From NCBI GenBank assembly GCA_053919585.1, contig CM132790.1: 64,000 nucleotides of DNA. One strand, given 5' to 3'. Position numbers and translations under genes: made by a program. Below are positions 62,001 to 64,000 of this stretch, piece after piece. The notes under the pieces were generated by a model. It was given only the letters and a program-made list of their open reading frames with translations, made no database searches and was not told the origin of the DNA. Every line of letters starts with the position of its first letter. Within the stretch, counting starts at the first letter, position 1. The DNA comes from Euprymna scolopes. Taxonomy: Eukaryota.

Positions 62001-62224
62001 ACGCCTGTGGAACTCTGTTCCGTCTGCCTGCTTCCCTCCGGACTACAACTTGGATGTCTTCAAGTCTAATGTTAACAAATTCCTAATGAACCGCCCCCTT
62101 AAGTAAACACTCCATCAAATCTCCACACTAACGTAATGTACTTGCAATAACCCTTATCCCTGAGTGGCTTCCGGGCCTTGATAAGTGGTGATCACTGTGT
62201 AAAAAAATAAATAAATAAATAAAT
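59040..62224 (+). mobile_element. Near full-length, young CR1-group LINE (family A), antisense in the SLC23 intron
   Basis: Non-coding leader, single APE-RT ORF from 59472, 3' UTR, (AAAT)n tail; 5' boundary approximate. Confidence 0.96.
59472..62106 (+). pseudogene. APE endonuclease-reverse transcriptase ORF, disrupted
   Basis: SNIRGL, LSET, DFNVH, SDH, KATGPDGIP, YRPISL, YADD, RPRMEYCCHIW. RT-core deletion/frameshift at ~61220 and a TAG at ~61540. Confidence 0.95.
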
Positions 62225-62497
62225 ATTAAAGAAGAAATACACTAATTCGATCGTCCATTGATACATGGACACGTTCGAACCAGGTAGTATGGCTAAAGTT
62301 TCGAATTTTTATAAGTTTTCAGTCGATTGTCACACTTGTTAACACTTGTTAACTTTAGCTAAGTTTTCAATGGTTACTTAATGGACGATCAAAGGAAGAT
62401 ATAGTGTACTTCAAAATAATAAATGGATCATCTTACATACGTAATTAAGACATCTAGTCATGCATCCTATATAAAAACTCATTACACTCTATATACC

Positions 62498-62562
<65 letters not shown>

Positions 62563-62581
62563 TTAAAAAGGAAAACCAAAA

Positions 62582-64000
62582 TACACTGCGTGTCAAATTA
62601 TTAACGAGATAATATTTTTTTTTACTAGTTTCCGAAACTTACCTGTAGTTTCGTATCAAAAGCTTCGGAAACGTTGGCAATGCTGAGCTTCGCGTACAGT
62701 GAAATTTTCGTACTGTTCCGCGCAATGTAAACAACTTGTCATCGTAATTGCTTGAATCCATGGTAGTTGGGGTGTGTCAAATTATTAACAAGGCAGTTTG
62801 TTTCGTCAATAAAATAAGTCGTAAAGGTGGACTGTGTAGTTCTGAAAATAGTACTATTACAGAACAGCTATCAAAAGGTAAAACTACCATCGAAATATCG
62901 AAAATGGTAGGAAGGTACCATCACACTGTGAATAACTTTGTCAAGGACCCTACAAAGTTACGTAAGAGGCCTGATAAAGATAAATCTAGAGTTGTTTCAT
63001 GCCGTTCTCTACTCCAAATTAAACGTGAAGTCGTTAAGAACCCTGGGCAGACAAGTCGAGAAGTCTTTGGCCAAGCCGAATTGAAGAATGCCTCAAAAAG
63101 CGCTCGATGTCGTCTTCTGAAATAAGTGGCAAAGTCTGTTAAGCCTGTGACAAAGCCTCCATTAAAGCAACATCACATGCAAAACCGATATAAATGGGCA
63201 GAGGACAACATGAAAACAGATTTTTCCAAAGTTTTGCTCTCGGATGAAGTGCGTGTCACTCTTGATGGCCCAGATGTCTGGAACATGGGTCCTAGATAGA
63301 CGACATCGTCATCAGCGTTTAAGGCGCCAACAAAGTGGTGGTAGAATAATGATTTAGGCTGGGTTATTGGGAGTACTTAAGTTGGCCCATGGAGAGTCCT
63401 ATAAGGCGTAAAAATGATGTCAAATGCTTACATAGCTTTTCTGAAGGAACACTTTGAACCAAAAGTTGACGTTCAGAATAACCATTATTTTTATGCAGGA
63501 TAATGCTCCCTCACATGCAGCGAAGAAAAGCAAAGAGTATTTGCAACAACTGAGGTTCACTAGGCTACGGTAGATGGAGTGGCCTGCGAATACACCATAT
63601 TTTAACCCAATTGAGAACCTTTGGAGTATCATGAAGCGACGCCTTTATGCAAGTGGACGCCAATTTAAGAGCAAAGATGAGTTGTGGGATGCTCTCCAAG
63701 AAGTATCGCGAGGAATAACTGTTGACGAAATCACAAATTTGACTAATTCTGTGGACCAACGTCTTTTACAAATCATTCATAAAAAGGATCGCATATTCCC
63801 TACTAATTATGTCAACGTAGAAATTGCTATGTAGTTATTGTGGTCTAAGTATTTTCCCTAGTTTATTTAATGTTTGAAAATTATTTCAATAAAAATTTAT
63901 GGGTATATTGTGTTTTTCTCAACCTCGTTAATAACTTGAAACACTGAAATCAACAGATAATCCTATCTTCTGCCATAGTTTCGCTAATACTGCTTTAAAT
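62582..64000 (+). mobile_element. Tc1-like (DD34E) transposon with IR/DR ends, defective
   Basis: TAcactgcgtgtcaaattattaac start, inner repeat at 62772, inverse copy at 63923-63946; SDE..LDGPD, FMQDNAPSH, EWPANTPYFNPIENLW. Confidence 0.93.

Overview
AT-rich, repeat-dominated animal (invertebrate) genomic DNA with two assembly gaps. The 'LSNPSFVGG' style of the host exon is suggestive of a lophotrochozoan/mollusc, but this is not established. The only host gene I can support is the 3' end of an SLC23 (nucleobase/ascorbate transporter, NCS2 family) gene on the minus strand. Its two last coding exons (57087-57182 and 54349-54545) are missed by the ORF track; the earlier exons lie beyond the window end. 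The rest is mostly decayed mobile DNA: two nested Mag-type Ty3/Gypsy LTR elements (10145-20033 containing 11251-16781), a third Gypsy pol fragment with an atypical RNase H, and two families of apparently ORF1-less CR1-group LINEs (near full-length copies at ~42005-45690 minus and ~59040-62224 plus, plus many fragments). There are also several Tc1/mariner elements and MITEs, Helentron-like non-autonomous repeats with tRNA-like inserts, solo-LTR-like repeats, and tRNA/5S-derived fragments. The most interesting signals are RNA-level. (1) A four-copy non-coding family with inverted ends carries a minimal hammerhead-ribozyme consensus with stem-II covariation (Penelope-like). (2) Fold-back hairpins sit next to (TA)n tracts, some with hammerhead-like cores. 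(3) A colinearly conserved non-coding 5' leader is shared by the two otherwise divergent LINE families. (4) A long solo-LTR-like family retains a Pol III B-box/T-arm. All alignments and folds were done by eye, and repeat boundaries are approximate unless a TSD or TIR is quoted.
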